From NCBI RefSeq assembly GCF_006345805.1, contig NC_043008.1, positions 62,124,001 to 62,188,000 on the forward strand: DNA of 64,000 nucleotides, read 5' to 3'. Positions 11,831 to 24,531 of the stretch are shown piece by piece; the stretch's first letter is position 1; each line of letters opens with the position of its first letter. The position numbers and the translations under genes were made by a program. This DNA is from Octopus sinensis (lineage: Eukaryota). Below the pieces are notes generated by a model, which was not told the origin of the DNA, made no database searches, and was given only the letters and a program-made list of their open reading frames with translations.

Positions 11831-12869
11831 CGATGATGATGATGATGATAAGTAAAAGAAAAAATATAAAATTGCATATTTCTGAATTGTTCATTTTTAC
11901 TCATATCTTTAAGTGGTGCCAAGACCTTACTATCTCCATTAAAATATCAGCTGCTTGATATGAAGGTATGAAAAAGCACACAATACCATCTTAGCAGATA
12001 TTTTTCCATTTTACTCTCTCCTGATACAATTAACAAGTTGTTAAGCTTTCTTTAACTGCAACAGTGCCTTTTAAAATCAAGTGAAGTATTCAGTTTTCTC
12101 TGCATGCACGACTGAACTAAAACGATGTCATATCTGTTAGGAAGCCAACAGCTCAGCACTCTAATCTATGTCATTTTGATGGCATGTTCAAGTTACAGTG
12201 AATTGCTATCGACTTCGCTGTGAACACATATTATGCCATCAGAGAATGTACTCAAGTGAAAATATAGATAATGTGTCAGTCTGCAAAGTATAATGGAACT
12301 TAGAGAGAAAGAAGAATTTTCAAGTCTTTCCTTTTTCTTTTTTTTTTTGTTTTGTTTCTTTAGTTTTTACTTTTTGTCCTTCTTTTATTTTCGGTTTCTT
12401 TTTTTTTTTGCTTTGTTTTTGTTTTTACTAGACATTCCCTAGATGTCAGTACTTTACTAATGTTTCTTCAAGTCGAAAATGAGAAGGATTCCCAGAAAGT
12501 TATTAGTCTGTTATTTCAGTTAAAGCAGTTTTATTGTTTGAAGTTTTGAAAAATTATGTGTTAGTCCGCTGGTTCAACAGTTAAAGAGAATTACAGCTAA
12601 TATATCAATTATAATGAACACTGTGGATGCGTGAGATAGTGAACTACATTAATTTCACTATGAAGACTTAGTCTTATATGTTCAAGGTTCAAATACAACC
12701 AACAGGATTATCTTTTGTCCATGGTGTGAATATTGGCTAAAATTTCTGCTCACCTCCTTAAGTTTGATATATCTCTAACTACATGAAATGTCCTTGGGAT
12801 GTACTTTGCCACATCTCATGTTAAAACGCTGCTGCCAGTCCTAAAATTGTTCTAACTTACTGCATGTGA

Positions 12870-13180
12870 ATAATGTGGCATGTAAAAAGCACCATCTGAT
12901 TGTGGCCACTGTGAGCCTCGCCTGGCCTCCTTGCCAGTGGCACGTAAAAAGCACCATCCGATCGTGGCCGTTTGCCGGCCTTGTCTGGCGCCTGTGCTGG
13001 TGGCACATAAAAAGCACCCGCTACACTCACGGAGTGGTTTGCGTTAGGAAGGGCATCCAGCTGTAGAAACATTGCCAGATCAGACTGGGCCTGGTGCAGC
13101 CTTCTGGCTTCCCAGACCCCAGTTGAACCGTCCAACCCATGCTAGCATGGAAAGCGGACGCTAAACGATGATGATGATTG
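12870..13180 (+). mobile_element. Family C RTE 3' end
   Basis: Same 3' UTR, ending catgctagcatggaaagcggacgctaaac(gat)n. Confidence 0.9.
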
Positions 13181-13679
13181 CAATTATTATTCTATTTAAT
13201 TTTCAGATTTCAGAGTGTATTGACCAGCCTATTCTCTCTTGTGTCTTTTAATCAGCAGAATGTATGTGATTCAAGAGATATGTTGATGTTGTATCAAATA
13301 GATCATACAACTTATTAAAAGGTTTTTTCTTTGGGTTGTTATTTCTAGCAGATTTTGTAACTCCTGTGAGGTTATGCTTCCATGATTGTTCTTCTGTTTA
13401 ATCTAGGTCAATTTTAATTGAGCAGATACACAGTCAAAGGCATTTGAAGCAGGACAATCCTGTTTTACTCCTATTTTGTTTTTCAGACATAACAATATTT
13501 TGGACAATATTATTAACACACACATTATTTCAATTCCTTTATTATTAGTCAATTGGTCAAATACCCAAATGACAAATTGATTGTTTGTTTACCTTGATTG
13601 AATATATGAATTCACATAAATAATCTTGTAAATCAGATACAAAATGAAATATTTTGGACTACAATGCACAATGTATTTT

Positions 13680-14188
13680 TCATATCAAAGAGAATTAATG
13701 CATTCGAGCTTTGGTGTTGGAGAAGACTTTTACGGATTCCATGGACAGCGAGGCTTACCAATGGAGAATTTCTTAACCGGATCAAGCCAAAATTGTCACT
13801 GGAAGTTAGGATCACCAAGCATAGATTGGCATATTTTGGTCATATTCATCATCATCATCATCATTATCATTTAGCGTCCGCTTTCCATGCTAGCATGGGT
13901 TGGACGGTTCAACTGGGGGTCTGTGAAGCTGGAAGGCTTCGTCAGGCCCAGTCAGATCTGGCAGTGTTTCTACGGCCGGATGCCCCCTGGAGAAGGACAT
14001 CATGCTCAGAATGATCAGTGGCAAGAGAGGAAGAGGCCGACCAAGAACCCACTGGCTTGACACCATCAAGAGGAGTGACACAGGAATGGACATAGCCAAT
14101 CTGAAAGAAGTGACCCAGGATAGAACTGGCTGGAGAACACTGATCCATCAAGTAACCGAGAGTCGACATCGACTGAGCGGATAGATAG
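13680..14188 (+). mobile_element. BovB-like RTE LINE 3' fragment, split by a family C insertion
   Basis: RINAFELWCWRRLLRIPWTAR…YFGHI // LEKDIMLRMISGKRGRGRPRTHWLDTIK…QDRTGWRTLIHQVTESRHRLSG*. This is collinear with the BovB C-terminus as I recall it (DAFELWCWRRLLRVPWTARR…YFGHLM…LEKTLMLG…RTRLSD). Confidence 0.9.
13847..13985 (-). mobile_element. Short family C RTE 3' end nested in the BovB-like fragment
   Basis: (cat)n-ttagcgtccgctttccatgctagcatggg…ggatgccc, in opposite orientation to the host element. Confidence 0.9.
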
Positions 14189-14425
14189 AATTGGTAGGGT
14201 ACTATTTGAGGGAGATTTGATTGCTGTTTCTAGAAGATCAAACAACCATGTACAGGCTATCTCATTCTTCAAGCATTCAGAAAAGAGTATCTTTAGGAAA
14301 ACACAAATGTATAACAGCTCTCATTGTTGATGTTATTATTTTTGTTATCATTCTTGATTTTTGTTGTTGCTGTTGTAGCCATTATTATTGTAGTTGTTGA
14401 TGCCATGATTGTCTGTTGTTGCTGT

Positions 14426-15006
14426 CTTCTTCTTCTTCTTCTTCTTCTTCTCTTCTTCTTCTTCTTCTTCTTCTTCTTCTTCTTCTTCTTCTTCTCTTCT
14501 TCTTCTTCTTCTTCTTCTTCTTCTTCTTCAATCAGGTCTCATGCCATTAACCTCAAGGAATAATCTCTAATTCGAGCCTACTCTAAGCTACTAAGAATAT
14601 GTGTGGCCACTTGAAGATCCACCCACCACACGCGATAGACTGGCGGTTGCACGGGCACGAAAGCTACGTTGTTATCTGCATTCCATAAATGGTGGCTTTT
14701 AATGGGTGGACAGCTGAACCATCCTGGAGTACAGAGGATTTGCAATCTAGACTAGGTTCTAAAAGTTTACCACACCATAATGGGTTACACCATGGTTCCT
14801 CTGCTTTGTGGCAGAAGTAGGAAGAAAGAGTGAGAGAAAGTTGTGGTAAAAGACTACAGCAGGGTTCACCACCCCACCTCCTGGAGCCTCGTGGAGCTTA
14901 GGTGTTTTTGCTTAATAAACACTCACAATGCACGGTCTGGGAATCGAAATCACATTCTTACAACCACGAGTCCGCTGCCCTAACCACTGGGCCATTGCGC
15001 CTCCAC
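14426..15006 (-). mobile_element. SINE family D, variant D3 (shared tRNA head, unique ~300-bp tail ending in (GAA)n)
   Basis: Head gtggaggcgcaatggcccagtggttagggcagcggactc… The (TTC)n tract at 14426-14528 abuts its 3' end. Confidence 0.75.
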
Positions 15007-15105
15007 TGTTGTTGTTGTTGTCATTGTTGTTGTGGCTGTTGTTGTGGCTGTTGTTGCAGTTAATGTCATTGCTACTTATTCCAATGTCAACCATGATCCA
15101 GCAAA

Positions 15106-15340
15106 CCTATTTCTGTACTACCCACAAGGGGCTAAATGCAGAGAGGACAAACAAGGACAGACAAACGGATTAAGTCGATTATATCGATCCCAGTGCATAA
15201 CTGGTACTTATATAATCGACCCCAAAAGGATGAAAGGCAAACTCGACCTCGGCGGAATTTGAACTCAGAATGTGAAGACAGACGAAATACCGCTAAGCAT
15301 TCCGTCCGGTGTGCTAACGATTCTGCCAGCTCGCCGCCTT
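15106..15340 (-). mobile_element. SINE family A (A1 tail)
   Basis: Full match to the family. Confidence 0.9.
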
Positions 15341-15488
15341 CCAACCACAATAATCGATTTTTATTAGAAGCATATAGTTTTACAATTGTTTGATGTGTCC
15401 TCCTTTTCTTCAGAGTGCAGGGTGCAATTCTAAGAAAACATGTTTAGTATTTCTGGCAAGATGAGTGATACTATCGAGGTACCCTTAC

Positions 15489-15522
15489 TGATTCATTCTT
15501 GGAGTTTTTAGGGATACACATT
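15489..15522 (-). CDS. Tentative exon, 34 nt, (K)MCIPKNSKNES
   Basis: Strong acceptor ttttctttcccttcctcatccag and donor gtaagg. Phase 2 to 0 fits its neighbours. Confidence 0.3.
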
Positions 15523-15561
15523 CTGGATGAGGAAGGGAAAGAAAATTTATCAGTTTATATA

Positions 15562-15793
15562 TATTTCTTTATTGCCCACAAGGGGCTAAACATAGAGGGG
15601 ACAAACAAGGACAGACAAACGGATTAAGTCGATTACATCGACCCCAGTGCGCAACTGGTACTTTATTTATCGACCCCGAAAGAATGAAAGGCAAAGTCGA
15701 CCTCGGCGGAATTTGAACTCACAGCGTAACGACAGACGAAATACGGCTACGCATTTCGCCCGGCGTGCTAACGTTTCTGCCAGCTCGCCGCCT
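15562..15793 (-). mobile_element. SINE family A (A1 tail), young-looking, with candidate 16-bp TSD tttatcagtttatata
   Basis: Near-consensus copy. The flanking direct repeat is at 15546-15561 and 15799-15814. Confidence 0.9.
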
Positions 15794-15869
15794 ATCAGTT
15801 TATCAGTTTATATATTCCACATTATATTTCCTATTCCTCAGATTTACTATTCAAATTATTTTGTCAAAT

Positions 15870-16285
15870 GTAATCATCATCATCACCATCATCATCATCG
15901 TTTAACATCTGTTTTCCATGCTAGCATGGGTTGGATGGTTCGACTGGGTTCTGGGAAGCCAGGAGGCTGCACCAGGCTCCAGTCTGATCTGGCAGTGTTT
16001 CTACAGCTGGATGCCCTTCCTAATGCCAACCCCTCCATGGGTGTAGTTAGTGCTGTTTAGGTGCCACTGGCACAGGTGCCAGGCGAGGCTGGAAACACCA
16101 CGATCAGTTGGTGCTTTTTACGTGCCACCGGCATGGAAGCCAGTCAAGGCGGCACTGGCATAGGCCACATTCAGATGGTACTTTTTATGTGCCACCGGCA
16201 CGGGTATCACAACTACAATTTCCATTTGATTTTTATTTTGATGTTGATGTACTTGACTCAATAGGTCTCCTCAAGCACAGCAGTT
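15870..16285 (-). mobile_element. Family C RTE 3' end
   Basis: Tail, repeat units and the upstream segment shared with 40382-40702. Confidence 0.85.
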
Positions 16286-16299
16286 ATTTACATTTTATA

Positions 16300-16450
16300 A
16301 AATTAATCCTGTATTATCTTATGGCATCAAAATTTTGATGAGATTTATTTTTAGAATGACATTCAAGGGTAGGTGAGGGACTGGATTTGATTTGTTTGAA
16401 CATAAAACTGAATATTTAGGCTGGATATAGCCAGTTTAAATGCTAATGAG
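16300..16450. mobile_element. Degenerate MITE-like repeat (family H); related copies at about 54260-54370 and 54850-55015
   Basis: Shared motifs ttttagaatgacatt…aatctgg…aatatttgggctggatatggccag.ttaaatgct. Confidence 0.5.
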
Positions 16451-16820
16451 TAAGACACAATGTTACTTGCAAATATTATCAATTTTTGCAATGATTTTTT
16501 TTATTGTTGTTGTGGTTTTTGTTATTTAGCCCAAGGTCAGTTCTGTCTAAGCAGACCTATAATCAAAGCATTCCAACACTGATATTCCCAACATATTTTG
16601 GCAAAACAAAAACAAATACCAGTGACTATATCAACCCATGTGTCTTTCCATTTTATTGAAGATGGCAAGGTATGTTTTTGGAGGAGAATACCAATATTAT
16701 TTATAGCCTGTTGAATAGCCACATAAAGGACTCCGGTTGCTGTCATAATCTTCAATTTCTAATGTTCTAAAACCATTAAAGTTGTCACAGAAATATCGAA
16801 TTTCTTGTGATTATGCTCAC

Positions 16821-16899
16821 TTCAGGGAATGTTGGAGTGAGAATACACTGGAATGGTTTCTAGTTTCACATTTCAGACCTTGAAGGCTTGGAAGCAAAA
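16821..16899 (-). CDS. Tentative exon, 79 nt, LLPSLQGLKCETRNHSSVFSLQHSL(K)
   Basis: gcctacag|…|gtgagc. Only one frame is open (phase 1 to 2), which fits 15489-15522. Confidence 0.3.
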
Positions 16900-18048
16900 C
16901 TGTAGGCTCATTAATTATAAAATTCTGATACACAAGCAAACAATAACATATGCACATACAATACTTGAGCCAATGTGAGAGCCTCCATGATGGAGGCTGA
17001 TCTGCCAAAATAGTGACCAAATCACTCTTGAATCATGCTCTACAAACCTAAATAATAAATTGATAAATTTAGATTATATTTTTCTTTTCATATTTTAAGC
17101 AGAAGAGGAAGCAGTTCTCATGATCCTTTACAGAGCCTCTAAGACTATTGGGAGGAAGAGATTATGTCATCCTTCAATGGAAGACCTGATGTGAATACTT
17201 GCATAGAGTGGGTTCTAATAAAGCACCCTAGATACCAGGTGGCAGTGTTAATCTGTGCAACAGATTAAGTTTACTACCAAAGTAGCCCATGGCAGGATTT
17301 GAACTCAGAATACTATAATCCAGAATAAATACCACAAGGCATTTTGTCCAACATTCCTACAGTTCATACAGCCCATGGCCTTGGATTGATCATCCTGCAT
17401 AATCTCAAAAAATAGATAGAGTGGCCACTGTTGAAAGACATTTGATAATAAGCTTGTCAATCAAGGTTGATTTGGGTTAATTATTATTGACAAATAATAA
17501 CAGTAATAGACATGTAGTACAATATATAGATTAGTCCATAAACAGTTCATGGAGGTTGTATTCTTCATTGCCTTAACTGTATATTAATAATAGACAAAAA
17601 TAAGCTTTGAGGCAGGAGTCTGGTACTCTATTTGCTTGTCTCTTTTGAAAATCTTCGAAGTGAATAAATTACTTAAAATTATATATTTGAAACATAAAAC
17701 TGGCCCTAATTTCCTAAGTATGTGTGACACTGTTAATGATGTGTAGATACACAGTTTCCTTCATAATCACTCTTATACTGTGCAATTCCCTGGACATGTA
17801 TCTTTTACTATAGCCTCAGTCTGACCAGTGCTTTGTGAATGGAATTGATAGCAGCCTGTTAGATGTGTATATTAGTATGTATATATGTACAAAAACCATA
17901 GATACTTTGGAATTCCAAATGAATAACCAGGACAGGAGTATTCCCAGTGTATGATGACATTTGGTAGCCAATGCTTGTGGATGAGCTTTGTATAACCTTC
18001 TATAAGGTTTTTACTCAAATCTCATTCAATTTTATACATATACATACA

Positions 18049-18084
<36 letters not shown>

Positions 18085-18414
18085 TATATACACATTCAAT
18101 TTCTATGGGTTTGTGCACAAGAATATTGACAGTATATGGCTTTACTTGTTACCATCTAAGTGACATATAGGTGTGATGTCTGTTTCTTGGTGAAAACATT
18201 TCACTTCTCAGTACTTTCAAAGACTTATAGAATAAAACATACCTCATTGGAATATACTAGGGCTGTCAACTAGAAGTGCTTTTGGTTGTAAAATACTACA
18301 TCAAATAATTCTCCATCTAAACCTGCTACCATAGACCATCATTTGTAAAAGAAAAAGAAAAAGATGCACTGATAAAATTAATAAAAATAATGTTAAATAC
18401 ACAATTAAGCTTTG

Positions 18415-18765
18415 GGGCAAGAGTGGCTGTGTGGTAAGAAGCTTGCTTCCCAGCCACATGGTTCCAGGTTCAGTCCCACTGCATGGCACCTTGGGCAAGT
18501 GTCTTCTGCTATAGTCTCGGGCCGACCAAAGCCTTGTGAGCAGATTTGTTAGGCGGAAACTGGAAGAAGCCTGTCGTCTATATATCTATATGTATATATA
18601 TATGTATGTATGTGTTTGTTGTTTGCATCTGTGTTTGTCCCCCACCATCGCTTAACAACCGATGCTGGTGTGTCTACATCCCCGTCACTTAGCGGTTTGG
18701 CAAAAAAGACCGATAGAATAAGTACTAGGCTTACAAAGAATAAGTCCTGGGGTCAATTTTATTCG
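18415..18765 (+). mobile_element. SINE family B, 3'-truncated
   Basis: Head and middle match the family. Confidence 0.85.
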
Positions 18766-20224
18766 AAATGGAATGGTAATTATAATAGTGATTGAATATT
18801 TCCCTTTGTGCTTGAAGCTTGTGTCTTATTTTGTTGTAAAATACTAAACAGACGTTTTGACCAACCCAATACCAAAAAGACACTATATGAGTAAACCAAC
18901 ACAGGAATCTCTATGCAATAAATCATCCTACAAAAACAGCAGCCAAATCTCCCTCTAATTACACCCAAGTAACTTCAGCATAAAATAACAAAATACATGA
19001 AAGAAACCATTTCATCCTCATATCCTAGATATAGAAGGCCTAAAAATAAGACAGGATTGTCATGTAAGGGATACATTTAATCATCAGTCAGCACAATCAA
19101 GGCAGATGTTTTACTAATCTACAACAAACACAGCTGTTTCTATGATCACATCTGATTGAGTCCCACCAATCAACATATAATAGTTTTCTTTCTGTAGTAT
19201 ACCAATTACTGAATATCTATACAATCTAAATTGAAGTACTTGTAGTTAACAAGAAGTCTCCCTTAAGGAATAATAAACTCATGTTCCGGAAACAGAAGCC
19301 GTTTTGCTGTAATTTCACTATTTCATTCAATAGATATAATAACGAGTAATATGCATCTCTCCTACAAGCAATTTAGAGTGCTGAAGAATACAAATCTGTT
19401 ATCAACATGTTTATCTGTTAATCTGCTTCTTATACTGTAGTTATAGTGTATTTTACTTTTTACTCATATTTACTACATAAATTCACTGTTTTAGTATTCA
19501 GGTTGCTGAATTGCATCCTTAGAAAATGGCATTTCTTTATGCATGCATGCATGTACATATGTATGTCTGTATATATGTACATATGTATGTATGTATGTAT
19601 GTATGTGTATGTATGTATGTATGTATGTATGTTGTCATGTATGTATGTATGTATGTATGTATGTATGCATGTATGTATGTCCTTTCTATTTTTCAATTAT
19701 CATAAATCTTCCACTGAGGAGCGAGCCAGTCTCCAACAAAGATACAAGGCTCCAATTTTAGAATGTAGTTAACACAGACAAATTCACATTTGGAACTTGA
19801 GAAAAATCTTGCATATTTTTACTGTTCCACTCATCAATTGCACTTGTAATGTGCGAATTAGCCGGTTGATTTCTGTTTCTGAAAATTCCAGTTTATCCAG
19901 ATTATCCTTTAAACTTTTACTAACAAAACCTATAGCTCCAATTATTATTGGTATAAATATGAATTCATAGTCTGGATATAGAAGAAGAAGGTTTCAAAGT
20001 AGTTGTCCATAGATATCCTCATTTTCAATGAGATATTTTTGTTTGCAGTGCAGCTAAACTCTACGATGGTACATATCATTGCCCTCTATCCCAAACAACA
20101 ATATCCGGCCTGTGTATGTATGTATCTATGCATGTATGTATGTCTCTTCTACTTTTTAATTATTATAAATCTTCAACTGAGTAGAAAGCTAGTTTCCAAC
20201 AAAAATTCAAGGTTCCACCTAAAA

Positions 20225-20712
20225 AGCTCTTGTGATGGTACCACATAAAGTGCTTGTGCTGCTGCTACACTAAAACCACCCAGCACACATTGTAAAGTGA
20301 CTGGTGTTAGGAAGGGCACCCAGCTGTAAGAACCAAGCCAAATCAGACAGGAATCTGGTGCAGCTCCCCAGTTTGCCAGCTCAGATCAAACCATCCAACC
20401 CATTCCAGTGTGGAAAACGGATGTTAAAGGAGGTGGAGGACAACGACAACAATGACAACAGTGACGGCAGTGACGGTGATGATGACGATGACAACAACGA
20501 CAATGATGATGACGACGACAACAATGATGATGACAACAATGGCGATGGCGATGACGACGGTGAAGATGATGATGACAACACTGACGATGACGACAATGAC
20601 GATGACGACAATGACGATGACGATGATGACAATGATGATGACGATGACGACAACAATAACGATGATGACAACAACGATGACGATTACGACAATGACGATG
20701 ATGATGATGTTT
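20225..20712 (+). mobile_element. Family C RTE 3' end with a tail expanded to ~270 bp of (GAT/GAC/AAC)n
   Basis: ttaggaagggcacccagctgt…catccaaccc…ggaaaacggatgttaaa, then the trinucleotide tract. Confidence 0.8.
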
Positions 20713-21117
20713 GAGGTTCGAGGAAGAAGCTTTGTAGTATTAACTCCATTCTCTTATGTTCTGATGGCAATGCTTGTGACAGCATTGGTGCCAAGCTGTA
20801 TCAATCTGTCAAAAACTTTTCCTTCATATGAAAGTCAGTGGTGAGGAGAAGGGTCAATTGCATGCATGGGTAACTACTAGTCTTCCGTAAAGCAAATCTT
20901 GTCCAGGCCTGCATTTATGTGTGCAGATGCGTAGCCAACATTGAACATCAGAAGCCCTTCAACCAGGATAAAGGTTTTATATTCGATTAAACACTATGTT
21001 AAAAATTAATATTTGTTATTATTAATGAAGTCATTTACTATTTCTTTGCCAAATACATCAATATTAGATTTGTACAAAATGATAGAATCAACTCATTTGC
21101 TTTATCTAAAGGGCTTG

Positions 21118-21336
21118 TGTGTGAGTTTGTCTGTGTGTGTGTGTGTGAGTTTGTCTGTGTGTGTGTGAGTTTGTCTGTGTGTGTGTGTGTGTGTGAGTGT
21201 GTTTCTGTGTATGCATTTGTGCATGCATGCGTGCATGTGTAAAACTATTCTAGATAGCAAAACATTTACAATTCTTAACTCCACCCTGGTTGCCAAACGT
21301 CTACATAAATCTTTAAAGAGTATCGATATGTGTGTG

Positions 21337-21372
<36 letters not shown>

Positions 21373-21445
21373 TGTTTGTGCGTGTGCGTGTGTTTGTTTG
21401 TTTGTGTGTGTGTGTTTGTTTGTGTGTGTTTGTGTGTGTGTGAGA
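21118..21445. repeat. (GT)n compound microsatellites, including three ~22-bp units gagtttgtct(gt)n
   Basis: Direct inspection. Confidence 0.9.
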
Positions 21446-22261
21446 GAGAGAGAATTTGTCTTTGTGCGTGAAGACATATATAGGTATGTATTTATGAATG
21501 TATATGTGTATATATATATATTATATCCCTTTTGAGAAATTGCAAAGCAAGAAACAGTGACATGTTCACAGATGAGTGACCAGAAAATAAATTCTATCAA
21601 GATAACAAATCATGAATCGCAGAAGGAAATTTTGGACAGGAATCAAAGCTAGAATATACAGGACATCCTACTTAGTAATCAAAATTAATGCATTCCGTGC
21701 CACCCACAAGAGAATTTCAGCTCTAATTCTAAGAGATTCTCATCATTTGACATATCTCACTTGCTTAATAAGTCACATACTTAGTGTATTAATGAGGGTA
21801 ATTGCAATGCTACTTAGCTTCACTAATTAGTAAAAGCTGGCATCAAGAATATTGTTCACATTTTTCAATGATTGCAACATTTGAAATCTCTGTCAGCAGA
21901 ATTCTATATGGCCTTTTCTTAAGTGTTTTACTGGTCAAATGTGTTCAATAAATCAACTCCAAACTATTAGAAGTGCAACATTGCAATTCTGATTCTGATC
22001 AGTGCTAGTTTGTACTCAGAATTGCAACACAATTATTTCACAATCTCATTTTGTCTTCAATAGACAATGCCACAAATATTAAACATTGGAACAACCATTC
22101 GTTATTATATTGACAAATGAGTTCAGTGAAGACGTTGCAATAAATTCTAAAGTTACTTTATTTTTATTATTCATTATTCATAAATGAGGTGTAGTGTCCC
22201 CAAATTATTCAAGGTTTCTTTGATTGTAAACTATTTTCAAAATCTAATATCATCTATATTG

Positions 22262-22679
22262 TTTTTACTCTTTTACTCTTTTACTCTTTTACTCTTTTAC
22301 TTGTTTCAGTCATTTGACTGTGGCCATGCTGGAGCACCGCCTTTAGTTGAGCAAATCAACCCCGGGACTTATTCTTTTGTAAGCCCAGTACTTATTCTAT
22401 TTGTCTCTTTTGCCGAACCGCTAAGTGACGGGGACGTAAACACACCAGCATCGGTTGTCAAGCAATACTAGGGGGACAAACACGCACACACACACATATA
22501 TATATACATATATACGACGGGCTTCTTTCAGTTTCCGTCTACCAAATCCACTCACAAAGCTTTGGTCAGCCCGAGGCAATAGTAGAAGACACTTGCCCAA
22601 GGTGCCATGCAGTGGGACTGAACCCGGAACCATGTGGTTGGTAAACAAGCTACTTACCACACAGCCACTCCTGAGCCTA
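22262..22679 (-). mobile_element. SINE family B, full length
   Basis: Near-consensus copy with a (tttactct)n tail. Confidence 0.9.
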
Positions 22680-23287
22680 TAAACTTTATAAACTTACAAA
22701 TTTTAGCTTCAATAGGTTAGACCACCAAACTGTTTTCACTATAAGTTTTTATCATTGCTTTGGAGCAAAAATGGGTATCATCTCCCTAATTTCTACATAA
22801 TCATAATAAACCTTCATCAGAGTTCCTTTTTACAGAACATTATTAATCAATTAATTAATTAATTCAGTTTGACAGATGGATTAACAGAATTATTAACATA
22901 TCAGAAAGAATATTTTGTGCTATTTTTCCCATCTCTTACAATTTGTGCATTTATATCCAGCCAAGAACAATTTTGCCTTTTATACTTTCATAAATAACAG
23001 ATACATATTGAGGTCCATAATATTAAACAATCTCATTTACTGAAAATAACCAGCCTTGTATCTAAAGTAGCAACCATCATTAACTACCATTATTAACTTA
23101 TTTATTAATAAAGTGTATTGTCAATACATGCACTGCTATGCAAATTAGATGACCAGTGTAGCTGAGTGTAAATTCATATATGTCATAAACAAAAACCTCT
23201 ATTTTGTTTGTGAACATAGAGATGGTTATTCATTCTGATGATATGGGCCAAAGAAGGCTAGAAACTAGTCAAATTAATTCCAATCTT

Positions 23288-23521
23288 CCTTATTTCATTA
23301 TTGCCCACGAGGGGCTAAACATAGAGGAGACAAACAAGAACAGACAAAGGGATTAAGTCAATTACATCGACCCCAGTGTGTAAGTGGTACTTAATTTATC
23401 GACCGCGAAAGGATGAAGGCAAAGTCGACCTCGGCGGAATTTTAACTCAGAACATAACGGCAGATGAAATACCGCTAAGCATTTCCCCCAGCGTGCTAAC
23501 ATTTCTGCCAATTCGCCACCT
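23288..23521 (-). mobile_element. SINE family A (A1 tail)
   Basis: Full match to the family. Confidence 0.85.
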
Positions 23522-24310
23522 TTTGCTGATGTTTCCATGGTTTCAGTCCCAATCTTTCTACCTAAGGATAGTTGAAATCCTGTATTGTAATCATTTAATT
23601 ATTTTTCACAGTAAGGTTAAAAATGTATATTTATCAAATAGACAACTGGAGCAAGCATGACTGCAAGGTTCAAAACCTATGTTAAAAAGCATGAAGGCAT
23701 CACACACTGACGTTTCCATGGTTTCAGATTCATCTTCACTAAGCACCTTAGGGAAATTGTCTTCTAATGTGGTCCAAGGACAAATAATGCCAAGCGAGTG
23801 AAATGGGTTGACAAAAACTGTAAGAAGCCTGTTGTGTGTGCATGCATGCATACATACATACATACATATATACATACATACATACACACACACATACATA
23901 CATACATACATACATACATACATACATACATACATACATACATACATACATACATACATACAAACATATGTATATCATCAGCATCACCATCATTGATATC
24001 ATTAGCATCCATCTTCCGTGCTGGCATGGGTTGGATGATTCAACAGAACTGGCCAGGATAGAGTCAAGCATGGTTTCCAATACATGCTGGTTTCAATACC
24101 ACTTTAAGGTGGTACCAGCCTGAATATGGTCATCTTAGAATTTGTGTGATTAAGGCTCTAAAGTACACCCAATAATTGAAGGAGAATAGAAAAGAGAGGA
24201 TGTGATGTTTCTGGACTGGCTAATGATAGAGAGTGGAATATGATAAATAGAACAGGTTAATGGTTCTAAGTGGAAAGCAGTGAAGTGAGTAACAAAGGAG
24301 ACACTATTAA

Positions 24311-24531
24311 CCCTTTCATTGCTGTATTTATTTTGCGATGCTCTGTGTTTCTTTCAATTACTTTAAATATAACAAAGAATTTAATAAAATAACTTAGTTA
24401 TCATTCAGCTAGTTTTAGGAACATAAATTGTGTCTAAGGTTTGGTGGAAGATTTTAATTCAAAACTTATGAAAACAAGACATTTGTATGATTTAGCCAGA
24501 GCCAGTTTCAGCTTGGTTGGTATTGAAGGGG
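24311..24531. mobile_element. piggyBac-type MITE (family G), TTAA TSD
   Basis: TTAA-ccctttc … gaagggg-TTAA. The interior is clearly homologous to 37096-37317. Confidence 0.85.

Noticed and set aside
11341-11958. Long poly-N/I/D/S/M ORFs (also 20304-20844 and 43052-43714)
   Set aside because: These are translations of trinucleotide microsatellites with no splice or domain support.
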